A stretch of 64,000 bases of DNA from Pirellulales bacterium (GTDB taxonomy: Bacteria; Planctomycetota; Planctomycetia; Pirellulales; JAICIG01). Of this stretch, positions 56,211 to 64,000 are shown one piece after another. Each line of letters starts with the position of its first letter. The stretch's first letter is position 1. The notes beneath the pieces are model-generated. The model was not told where the DNA came from. It searched no databases and was given only the letters and a program-made list of their open reading frames with translations. The stretch spans positions 1-64,000 of the forward strand of contig JBBDYJ010000017.1 in assembly GCA_040901675.1 (NCBI GenBank), in the 5' to 3' direction. The position numbers and the translations under genes are program-made.

Positions 56211-57395
56211 TCAGCGTGTAACCCGACAATTCGGCAGGCATTGTCGCAACTGGTCGCAGCCCGCCTCCGTGGTCAAGGTGCCACGCACGTCCACCGATCT
56301 TAGGCTTGTCAACCACCCGAGGTGTGCAAGGCCGGCATCGCCGACGTCCGTGAAATTCAGTTGCAGCGTCTGGAGGCGTGTCAGCCGGCTCACGTGCGCA
56401 ACTCCAGCGTCCGTGAGAGGCGTGTGGAACAGCGAGAGTGTCCGCAGGCTCGTCAGCCCCCGCAGATGCGCAATGCCTTCACCGGTGATCCGGGTTTCAC
56501 GCAGGTCCAGTTGTTCCAGGCTTGCCAGCGGCTTCAGGTGCGCCAGCCCGGCATCGGTGACCAGCGTGTTGCTCAAGTCCAGCACGGTGAGCTTCGTCAA
56601 CCCTTCCAGGTAGACAAGGCCGGCATCGGTAATCCGCGTGCTACCCAGGTCGAGCTCTTTAAGGCTTGCCAGCTTGCTAAGGTGCACAATGTCAGCATCG
56701 CTGACATTCGTGAAATGCAGGTTCAAGGCTTGCAGCTTTTTTAGTCGACTGAAGCGCGCGAGGCCGGCGCCGCTAACAGGCGTAGAGACCAGCGACAAGG
56801 TTTCGAGTTTGGTGAGCCCTTCCAGGTGGGCAAGCCCAGCATCAGTAATCCGCCTCCCGCGCAGGGTCAGCTCTTTTAGATTGGTCAGCCGGCTCAGATG
56901 CGCAAGCCCGGCATCGGTGACGTGCGTGTCGCCCAGATTCAGCGATTCCAGGCTGGTGAGCACACCCAGGTGCGGGCAGGCTTCATCGGTGGCGTCGCGC
57001 AGATTAACGTGCATGACATTGGCAAAATAGTCGACGCCGATTATCTGCCGCAGCGACCGCGGTCCGCGCGGCTTGTTGTTCAATGCCCGTGGCACACGTC
57101 CGGATCGTGCCTGGCGATCCCCGCCGGCGTGCGGTGCGAACAGCTTGTTATTCAATGCCCTTGGCACCGGTATGTCCGCAGCCGGATCATTGAATTCATG
57201 CTCGTATTGCACTTGGATCTTTAGAGCCTTCAGCGCCGCCACGGCGCGGCGTTGCCTCTCGGCCGGGATTACCACCAGGGCGAGGACCACACTGACGACG
57301 GTCACCAGGGCCAGCAGCGTCGAGAGGCTGTACTGGCGCCAGCTCCACCGCCGCTTCCCTGGCTTAGTTGGCGTGGATGCTCCCATAACGCCCAT
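56211..57395 (-). CDS. Membrane-anchored leucine-rich repeat protein
   Basis: QYSLSTLL + TM, then ~10 24-residue repeats of type LxxLxLxxTxVTDAGLAHLxxLTx. Confidence 0.9.
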   Translation of the reverse strand: MGVMGASTPTKPGKRRWSWRQYSLSTLLALVTVVSVVLALVVIPAERQRRAVAALKALKIQVQYEHEFNDPAADIPVPRALNNKLFAPHAGGDRQARSGRVPRALNNKPRGPRSLRQIIGVDYFANVMHVNLRDATDEACPHLGVLTSLESLNLGDTHVTDAGLAHLSRLTNLKELTLRGRRITDAGLAHLEGLTKLETLSLVSTPVSGAGLARFSRLKKLQALNLHFTNVSDADIVHLSKLASLKELDLGSTRITDAGLVYLEGLTKLTVLDLSNTLVTDAGLAHLKPLASLEQLDLRETRITGEGIAHLRGLTSLRTLSLFHTPLTDAGVAHVSRLTRLQTLQLNFTDVGDAGLAHLGWLTSLRSVDVRGTLTTEAGCDQLRQCLPNCRVTR

Positions 57396-57535
57396 TGTCG
57401 GCCGCCTGGCAGAGACCGGCAAGCTTTCCACTACCGGGCCCCCCGGGACGAGCGCTGCTTCTCGCTGCCGGCTACGCCGGCAACCTCCAAGCAGTGGCGC
57501 GTCAGGCGCCGGCAACTCCGTCACACGAAGGGGTA

Positions 57536-57597
57536 GAAAGAAAGGGGACATTCTACTTTATAAGCACAATAAGGTAGAATGTCCCCTTTCTTTTTTC
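57536..57597. repeat. AT-rich palindromic element, copy 1
   Basis: AAAGGGGACATTCTACTTTAT-AAGCACA-ATAAGGTAGAATGTCCCCTTT. Confidence 0.92.
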
Positions 57598-57600
57598 ACC

Positions 57601-57835
57601 TCAAGCGCCGGCAACTTTGTCACACGAAGGGGTACATGTTGTTCTTGCTGGGGTCGCAGAGGCCGGCGGAATTGTAGGCGGCGATGTCCTGGGCTACGCG
57701 CTCTCGGAAACCGTTGAGCGATTCGACTCCAAGCGGCGAAGTGCCGGCCAAGTCGACGAGCGTTTCGTGGGCGCGCTCGACGGCGGCGCGGGCGGCGCGA
57801 TTCGAGAAGAGGAACTCGTCGCTGGGGCTGGCCAA
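57601..57835 (-). pseudogene. Duplicated 3' end (~70 codons) of the halogenase-like gene
   Basis: The coding part appears identical to 57922-58137, but the flank differs by a few bases. A third ~34-bp copy lies at 57502-57535. Confidence 0.9.
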
Positions 57836-57840
57836 GGACG

Positions 57841-57900
57841 AAGAAAGGGGACATTCTACTTTATAAGCACAATAAAGTAGAATGTCCCCTTTCTTTTTTC
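57841..57900. repeat. AT-rich palindromic element, copy 2
   Basis: AAAGGGGACATTCTACTTTAT-AAGCACA-ATAAAGTAGAATGTCCCCTTT. Confidence 0.92.
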
Positions 57901-57921
57901 ACTCAGGCGCCGGCAACTGTG

Positions 57922-59409
57922 TCACACGAAGGGGTACATGTTGTTCTTGCTGGGGTCGCAGAGGCCGGCGGAATTGTAGGCGGCGATGTCCTGGGCTACG
58001 CGCTCTCGGAAACCGTTGAGCGATTCGACTCCAAGCGGCGAAGTGCCGGCCAAGTCGACGAGCGTTTCGTGGGCGCGCTCGACGGCGGCGCGGGCGGCGC
58101 GATTCGAGAAGAGGAACTCGTCGCTGGGGCTGGCCAAACCGCGTCGCCGACGGTTCTCGCTGTGAATCGCGCCGGCAAAATAATACATGCTGTATGCGCC
58201 CATCAGGTCGAACCGGCCGAAGGCGCGGTAGCAGCCGTGGATCAAACGGTCCAGGAAATCCGCCTCAGCGAACAGCGCCGCCTCGTACGTCGCCAGTTGA
58301 GCAGCCAGCGATGGCTGCCCCCAGTGTTGCTCCAGCATGCGTGCCAGGCGCTGGATGGTGAGCAAGCTGTGGGCGTTCCCGCCGCTGAACAGCGCGTCGA
58401 GAAAATACGCGGAGTGGGCCAGCATGGCCCAGCCTTCGCCGGCCGCCCGGCGTGCCCGGCGCTGCACCCGGCCGGTCCGCGTCCAGGGTTGCACCGGGCG
58501 GGCGCGAGCGAACTGCCGGGCGATCGACGGATAGCGGTCCAAGACGCTTTGCCACTGGGCCTCGGGCGCGAGCGACGTGTCCGACGCTCGACGCTCGCCG
58601 TCCAGCAAAAACCCCGCGCTGGTCAGGCCGTTGTTGAATCGCAGCACCCAAATCCAACCGTCGTCCAAGACGTGGTGCAAGGCGGCATCGTCGCAGCGAT
58701 ACGGATGGTCCGTCACGTCCCCGCCCAGCTCGACGAGCACGTCTTCCCACAGGTCCACGTCGGCAAAATGCGAGAACACGGTCCAGGAGTTGGTCCGCAC
58801 ACCAACGGGAGAAGTGTCGATCCCCAGCGCGCGGGCCAGCAGGCCCGATGGGCCGGTCGCGTCGATGAGGAAGGAGGCCGTGATCTCCACCGGTTCACCC
58901 GCACGACTGCCGCAGAGCAACCAGCCGTCGCGGCGCTCGATGGCCGTGACGTCGGTGCGGTCGTAGTAGGGGATGCCGGCCGCCTGGGCCTCCTTTACAA
59001 GAAAATGGTCGAAATCCTCTCGAAACCAATGGGTGTCGCCCACCTCGTCGGCCGGGCTGGCCCCGACCAAGAGCTCGTTGGCGTGGTCGGCTCGCGGCTG
59101 GAAGGGCCGGCCGGCCTGGTGCTGAAAGAAGCTGAAGCCCCGCTTCAGCCCGACGGCCAGCTCGGGGTACGCGCGCTGCCAGGGCCCATACTCGGTCAGG
59201 GGCAGCAGCCGGGCCAGGTTGTAAGTGCGGCTCAGCTCTTCGAGGGCCAGGTTGGCCAGCGGCGTGGACGACTCGCCGATGGCGAAGCGGGGGTGCGTGC
59301 CCCGTTCCACGAGCACTGGGCGCCGCCCGATCCGCTCCAGGACCAGCGCCATCAGGCTGCCGGCGAATCCGGCTCCCAGGATTGCCACGTCGGCGTGTTC
59401 TCGGATCAT
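57922..59409 (-). CDS. FAD-dependent oxidoreductase, flavin halogenase-like
   Basis: GAGFAG, HPRFAIGES, GLKRGFSF, FLIDATG, GWIWVLRF and FLDALFSGG. Confidence 0.85.
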   Translation of the reverse strand: MIREHADVAILGAGFAGSLMALVLERIGRRPVLVERGTHPRFAIGESSTPLANLALEELSRTYNLARLLPLTEYGPWQRAYPELAVGLKRGFSFFQHQAGRPFQPRADHANELLVGASPADEVGDTHWFREDFDHFLVKEAQAAGIPYYDRTDVTAIERRDGWLLCGSRAGEPVEITASFLIDATGPSGLLARALGIDTSPVGVRTNSWTVFSHFADVDLWEDVLVELGGDVTDHPYRCDDAALHHVLDDGWIWVLRFNNGLTSAGFLLDGERRASDTSLAPEAQWQSVLDRYPSIARQFARARPVQPWTRTGRVQRRARRAAGEGWAMLAHSAYFLDALFSGGNAHSLLTIQRLARMLEQHWGQPSLAAQLATYEAALFAEADFLDRLIHGCYRAFGRFDLMGAYSMYYFAGAIHSENRRRRGLASPSDEFLFSNRAARAAVERAHETLVDLAGTSPLGVESLNGFRERVAQDIAAYNSAGLCDPSKNNMYPFV

Positions 59410-60359
59410 GTTCCCTCGAGGCACTCGCAGGTTACAGGCGGCGGAGCGCTTTGTGTCAGGTTCATGGCGTGCAGGCGGCTCGCGCGCCCCGGCCCGCACT
59501 TCGGACAGGTGAAGAACTTCTCGATGTCCCACAGATCGGCGAAGACCCGGCCGCGCCCCAGGCCGATGCCATACTCCACCACTTCTTCCAACGATTCCAC
59601 GCGCGGCGGGCTGAACAACCGCTGTTCTTGCAAGTGCTCCATCGCCCCGTTGCCAGCCCGCGTCGGGATGACGGCGCAGCACTCCACGCCCACGTCGAAG
59701 GCGAAGTCGATTGACCGCCTGGCCCAGTGGACTCCCTCGGCCTCGCTAAGAAACGGAGGCCGCAGCAGGATGAAGGCCCGCACGCCGATCGAGTTGCCGG
59801 CGAGAAACCGCGCGGCCCGCTCGAAATCGGCTAGCGTCATCCGCTTGTTGAGGCGGGACAGCACGCCGGGATGCACGGTCTCCAGCCCCATCGCCACTTC
59901 CAGGCCCGGCCGCAGCCGCGCCTGGAAGTCGACGCAGCGCTTGCCGGCCAGTCGCGGATGGCACTCGATGATGACCGTGTCGAAGGGGGCGAGAAGTTGG
60001 GCGATCCGGGGCAGGTCGCAGGGCGGGATGGCCTGGGCGTCGAAGAAGTTGCCCGCGTTGTAGAGCTTGACGTGGCGGGCGGGCGGCAGGCGGCCCAAGG
60101 CCCACTCGATCTGCGCGGCGATGGCTCCGTCGGGCACCCGCTGGTCAGTGGTGTTCTTCCAGAGGTCGCACATCAAGCAGCGGAAGGGGCACTCGCGGTT
60201 CGTCAAAAACAGCGTGGCCACGGGCTCGACCGTCCCGTGCCGGGTGCGCTCGGGCTCCACCAGGCAGGCGTAGGGCCGCCACGGGTCGACCGGGTTCTTC
60301 GGCGGCCGCAGGGCGACGATCGCGCTGTCGGTCCAGGGCCCCGCGGCTTTACTGCTCAT
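59406..60359 (-). CDS. Radical SAM enzyme, RaSEA (TIGR01210)-like
   Basis: CPFRCLMC, YNAGNFFD, IECHP, GLET, FILLRPPFLSEAE and C-terminal CPKC. Confidence 0.85.
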   Translation of the reverse strand: MSSKAAGPWTDSAIVALRPPKNPVDPWRPYACLVEPERTRHGTVEPVATLFLTNRECPFRCLMCDLWKNTTDQRVPDGAIAAQIEWALGRLPPARHVKLYNAGNFFDAQAIPPCDLPRIAQLLAPFDTVIIECHPRLAGKRCVDFQARLRPGLEVAMGLETVHPGVLSRLNKRMTLADFERAARFLAGNSIGVRAFILLRPPFLSEAEGVHWARRSIDFAFDVGVECCAVIPTRAGNGAMEHLQEQRLFSPPRVESLEEVVEYGIGLGRGRVFADLWDIEKFFTCPKCGPGRASRLHAMNLTQSAPPPVTCECLEGT

Positions 60360-61680
60360 AGAGCGCGTGAAAGGCTCGGCGATAGACGTTCGGTTCCGAG
60401 GGAAAGATCTCGGCAAACAGGTCTCTCTGGGCCGCCCCGTGCTGGAACCTCCGCTTCTCGAACACCGGCATGTCGAAGCCGGTGACGGCCTTGACTCCCC
60501 GCGCGACGACCTCGCCCTTGAGCTGGTAGAGCCGCTCGTGGCTCCAATCGGTCAGGGCGATGAAGGGAATTTTTTCGGCGATCTCGATGACGTTCGGCAG
60601 CGTGTAGGGGCTGAAGCCGTCGAAGCCGCACACCGAGGCCGGGGCGTAGCTGCGGGCGTAGCCCCGGCTGAGCCCGCCCGAGTAGGTCAGCGAGTGCTTG
60701 ATCGAATCGACGCCCCAGCCTTCCTGGTAGAGCAGAAGGTTGTTCAGCACGCTGCGGATGGTCAGCTCCGGGTTCTCTTCGATGGGGTAGTCCTTGAGGT
60801 TCTCGTCGCCTCCGTCGCCATCGATAAGGTAACGCCAGTCGGGGTAGCGCTGGCGGATGCCGCGGCACAAGGCGAGGCTCATGGCGGCCGACTGGATATC
60901 GAGCGGCTTGTAGTCCTCGACCACGCGGATGGTTTCCCGCCAGTCGATGGCCTCGCGGGGCACGTCGATCGTTTCCAGGAAAAACCCGAGGCCAAGCGAT
61001 TCGAGGAAGCGGCGGGCCTGGTCGAGATCGTCGCCGCCGCCGTCGACGACCAGCGTGAACGCCTTGAGCCGGCCCGGGTGCAGGCCGAGGCGAAGCATGG
61101 CATGGTAGGTCACCAGGAACACCGAGCCGCTGTCGATGCCGCCGGAAAAGCAGACGCCGACGGGACCTTCGACGGCCCGGAGCTGCAGCCACTTGGTGAC
61201 GGCGTCCTCGAGGGCCCGGATGTAAGCCGCGCCGATGGCGGCCGGATCGGGCTCGAGGGTCTCGCGGCGCGGAGTAAAGAACCGCCGGTAGGTGGGGTTG
61301 GGGTCGGGGCAGCCGACCAGGGCCACCTCGGTGAGGTAATGGGCGGGGGCCATGCGGGTGTAGGAGGGGTGGAACTGGTCGGCGAGGCCTTGCTGCTGGA
61401 GGTATCGGTGAATGGCATCGATGCGGTCGGCGGCCACCAGGCAAGGCCCCTCGTGCCGCTTGGCGATGAAGTAGCGCAGCGGGCGGCCGATGGAGCGGGC
61501 CATTCGCACGGTATGACCGCGGGTGGCCACGAGAGCGAAGTGCCCCTCGATGCGGCGGACCCGCTGGGGGTCGCCCGCGGCCAGCAGCTCGCGGGCGGCC
61601 TCGACCGTCATATCGTAGATGACGTTTTTGTCCGGATCGATGAGGTCGACCACGCGCTGGACAGTCGCAGGGCGTTGCAT
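60349..61680 (-). CDS. Asparagine-synthetase-like ATP-dependent amide ligase lacking the Cys1 glutaminase site
   Basis: FSGGIDS PP-loop, DGDGGDE and EKRRFQ. The degenerate N-terminal domain (IEGHFALV, IGRPLRY) has no N-terminal Cys. Confidence 0.85.
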   Translation of the reverse strand: MQRPATVQRVVDLIDPDKNVIYDMTVEAARELLAAGDPQRVRRIEGHFALVATRGHTVRMARSIGRPLRYFIAKRHEGPCLVAADRIDAIHRYLQQQGLADQFHPSYTRMAPAHYLTEVALVGCPDPNPTYRRFFTPRRETLEPDPAAIGAAYIRALEDAVTKWLQLRAVEGPVGVCFSGGIDSGSVFLVTYHAMLRLGLHPGRLKAFTLVVDGGGDDLDQARRFLESLGLGFFLETIDVPREAIDWRETIRVVEDYKPLDIQSAAMSLALCRGIRQRYPDWRYLIDGDGGDENLKDYPIEENPELTIRSVLNNLLLYQEGWGVDSIKHSLTYSGGLSRGYARSYAPASVCGFDGFSPYTLPNVIEIAEKIPFIALTDWSHERLYQLKGEVVARGVKAVTGFDMPVFEKRRFQHGAAQRDLFAEIFPSEPNVYRRAFHALYEQ

Positions 61681-61891
61681 GGAATCAATCTCTCCACGAT
61701 GAATGAATGCGTTTTTCTCAAAACATCATTCTAGCCCGTCCGCGTGGAAAAAGCTCAACCGTGGCGGCTGGGTTCGGGCCAGTCGAGGCATATTCAGGCA
61801 CGTACTGACTGATGAGACCGAGCGATGGCGACGGTACAATGCCAAGACTCTGGGCTCGAGGCGTTGACGTGGAACTGTTCGGGGATGCCGT

Positions 61892-62220
61892 ATGAAGATG
61901 ATCCGCGGTGACTGGCTGGTGGCGGGCGTGGTATTGCTGGCGCTGGGAGTGATCGGCGTGGGGCCGGTGGACGGGGCTGCGGGAGGCGAGATTCCCAAGC
62001 CGGAAGATGCGCCGCCGCCGCTGGCACCCGAACAAAGCGCGAAGCGGATCAAAGTGCCGACGGGCTTCCGCGTCCAACTGGCGGCGAGCGAACCGCTGAT
62101 CCACGAACCGTCGGGCGTCTGCTGGGATGAAAGGGGACGGCTCTTCGTTTGCGAGTTGCACGGGTACAACCTGGAAGGCCAACACGACATCGAAGAACTG
62201 AACAAGACCGGCGAGCTGAA
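61892..62220 (+). pseudogene. N-terminal fragment of a PVC-type heme-binding/membrane-bound dehydrogenase protein
   Basis: My translation gives a signal peptide, then PLAPEQSAKRIKVPTGFRVQLAASEPLIHEPSGVCWDERGRLFVCELHGYNLEG. Similarity ends at the palindrome. It is absent from the ORF track because the frame has no stop in the window. Confidence 0.75.
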
Positions 62221-62221
62221 A

Positions 62222-62289
62222 GGAAAAGAAAAGAAAGGGGACATTCTACTTTCTAAGACAATAAAAGTAGAATGTCCCCTTTCTTTTCC
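62222..62289. repeat. AT-rich palindromic element, copy 3
   Basis: AAAAGAAAGGGGACATTCTACTTT-CTAAGACAATA-AAAGTAGAATGTCCCCTTTCTTTT. Confidence 0.92.
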
Positions 62290-62396
62290 GCCATGCCGCT
62301 CATTGTCGGCTGCCTGGGAAGCGACGGAACTGCCGTTGGCCAGATTCCAGGCCCGACCTATATATGAGGTAGGCAAGGAGACGGAATTCGTGGCGG

Positions 62397-62568
62397 GTAG
62401 AACGGAAATTCCATTCCGCTGGGTTTGGTTGGAGAGCCGCATGAGAAACGCGATCGATTCGCTAAGGACAGCAGAGGGAAACGGAATGAATTCCGTTTTA
62501 CGGGCGACGGGAAACGGAATGAATTCCGTTCTACGGATGAGGGGGAACCGGAATAAACTCCGTTCTAC
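62397..62568. repeat. Cluster of four GTAG-type REP units
   Basis: GTAGAACGGAAATTCCATTCCG, then three inverted AAACGGAATGAATTCCGTT(C/T)TAC-like copies. Confidence 0.85.
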
Positions 62569-64000
62569 AGTGGGGCTGCTGGTCGCCGGCTGGATCGTGC
62601 AGGCAAGTTTCGGGCACGCCGGCGAACTGCCAACGCTGCCGCCCGCGGACGCGCTGTCGGGGCCGCTCTTGGATCCGCCGGGGGGCGACGACTATTCGTG
62701 GCAGTCGCTGGCCGCTTACCAGGAGCGGCTGGAGGCCCACTATGGCGGTTACCGCGAGATTCCGCTGGACGTGAAGGCGGCCTACTTCCAGTGGGAGCTG
62801 CTCCGCTACCACCTGACGCCGTACCACCAGGTGTATAACAGGGCCTTCCTGCCGGCCGGGCCGGGCGAGCCGCCACAATGGTTCCCGGGCGGCGACAGCT
62901 CGACGTGGAACGGGGCGCTGATGGCCGCCCTGAGCTTCCAGTACGCCGCCACCAAGGACCCGTCCGTGCTGGCGGCGATCAGCGAGGTTGTGCGGGGGAT
63001 GCACCTGTTCTTCGAGGTGACCGGCCAGCCAGGCTTGATGGCCCGCTCGGTCAGCCGCATCGACGGGCTGGTCGTGGAAGACCAGACGGGTTTGTACACC
63101 GCGGCCGACGGGGTCGAGTACCGTTTTCTGGGCAACCCGGCCAAGGGGGGCTACAACCAGATTGCCGGGGGCTACGCCGCCCTGATGATGCACGCCTACG
63201 ACGATCTGCCGGCCGAAATCCAGCAACTGGCCCGCGCCGACATGACCGCCATGGTGCTGCACCTGATCGATCACGACTACCGGGCCACGAACCGCGACGG
63301 CAGCCGCACGCAGTACGGCGACTTGCGGCCGCTGATCGGCTCGATGAGCCTGCCGTTCAACGCGCAGGTGGCCTACCAGATCGTCGCGCTGGGCTATTGC
63401 TTCCCGCCCGACGACCCCGCCCAGCGCGATCGGATCGTCGCCGAGTTTGTCCGCTTGCGGGGCAAGCACCACGTCTATTACGAGGCGCCGCTGCGGAACC
63501 TCGTGCCGCCGCAACGGATCGGCGGCGGGCCGCTGGTCAAGGGGATGAACGACCGCAATCACGTGACCAACGCGGCCTTCATCGGCCTGGCGCTGGAGCT
63601 GGACCAGGCCCGCCGGCAAGGCCGCGAGCCGGACGGCAAGTTCCTGTACCAGCTCGGCCAGACGATGGTCCACAGCATGGATTACCTGTGGGACAAGCAC
63701 AACAGCTTGTGCACGTTCATGTGGGCCGGCATCCTGAGCGACCCGCGCGCGTTCGCGACGATCGTGCGGCGGAAGCCCAACACGACGCGGGCCCGGCTGG
63801 TGCAGAGCCAGGCCGACGCCGTCGAGCAACTGCGGCGTTTCCGGCTCGACCGATTCGTGCGGCCCGGGCGCGCCATCGAGACCGAGCAGGTGCAGTGGTG
63901 CGACACGTTCCAGCCCGACGACTACCTGTGGAAGTGCGATCCGTACCTGGTCGTCGAGCCGACGGGGCCGGCGACCAACGCCTGCCAGTGCGCGATCGAC
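62441..64000 (+). CDS. Hypothetical exported protein (possible alpha/alpha-barrel enzyme), runs off the window
   Basis: Open frame with strong GC3 bias; GDSSTWNGALMAALSFQYAATKD..FEVTGQPGLMARS. The start could be 62441 (GGAGAG RBS) or a later ATG. Confidence 0.75.
   Translation, partial: MRNAIDSLRTAEGNGMNSVLRATGNGMNSVLRMRGNRNKLRSTVGLLVAGWIVQASFGHAGELPTLPPADALSGPLLDPPGGDDYSWQSLAAYQERLEAHYGGYREIPLDVKAAYFQWELLRYHLTPYHQVYNRAFLPAGPGEPPQWFPGGDSSTWNGALMAALSFQYAATKDPSVLAAISEVVRGMHLFFEVTGQPGLMARSVSRIDGLVVEDQTGLYTAADGVEYRFLGNPAKGGYNQIAGGYAALMMHAYDDLPAEIQQLARADMTAMVLHLIDHDYRATNRDGSRTQYGDLRPLIGSMSLPFNAQVAYQIVALGYCFPPDDPAQRDRIVAEFVRLRGKHHVYYEAPLRNLVPPQRIGGGPLVKGMNDRNHVTNAAFIGLALELDQARRQGREPDGKFLYQLGQTMVHSMDYLWDKHNSLCTFMWAGILSDPRAFATIVRRKPNTTRARLVQSQADAVEQLRRFRLDRFVRPGRAIETEQVQWCDTFQPDDYLWKCDPYLVVEPTGPATNACQCAID

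Noticed and set aside
59406..60359. Genuine archaeosine pathway or archaeal contamination
   Set aside because: No arcTGT, ArcS or Que genes are present, and composition and neighbours match the host. Only the enzyme family is shared.
62397..62568. CRISPR array
   Set aside because: The units are palindromic REPs in mixed orientation with ~10-bp or irregular spacers, and there are no cas genes. The same applies to 6021-6124 and 57536-57900.

Overview
GC-rich bacterial chromosomal window. It is almost certainly Planctomycetota (Pirellulales-like), judging by the DUF1559 prepilin-like gene, planctomycete cytochrome-c domains, BMC shell gene and characteristic REP and heptamer repeats. From left to right: (1) 1-3.7 kb, a decayed integron-type cassette cluster with no integrase in the window (one complete attC, several half attC arms, a candidate attI site, duplicated DUF2442 antitoxins), interleaved with three diverged extra copies of the 3' end of the neighbouring gene. 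(2) A non-PTS peptidoglycan/MurNAc recycling locus (beta-lactamase-NamZ fusion, Na+/solute symporter, MurQ-kinase fusion, serine hydrolase-VanX fusion), split by a ~12.5 kb block of GT-C/GT2 glycosylation and secreted-protein genes. (3) A nested set of non-autonomous mobile remnants at 24.8-25.4 kb. (4) Core-like genes: ABC module, MazG-like protein, TPR-metallopeptidase, nagA, Ser/Thr kinase, tRNA-Glu. (5) A satellite microcompartment locus: a tandem BMC shell protein plus a DapA-family aldolase with an encapsulation-peptide-like tail. (6) Hopanoid genes shc-hpnH-hpnG. (7) The best candidate for an undescribed system: a translationally coupled operon of a glutaminase-dead asparagine-synthetase-like enzyme, an archaeal RaSEA-like radical SAM enzyme and a flavin halogenase-like enzyme, flanked by a palindromic element found at duplication and truncation breakpoints. 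All family assignments come from motifs recognised by eye. No searches were run, and start codons are my best estimates.
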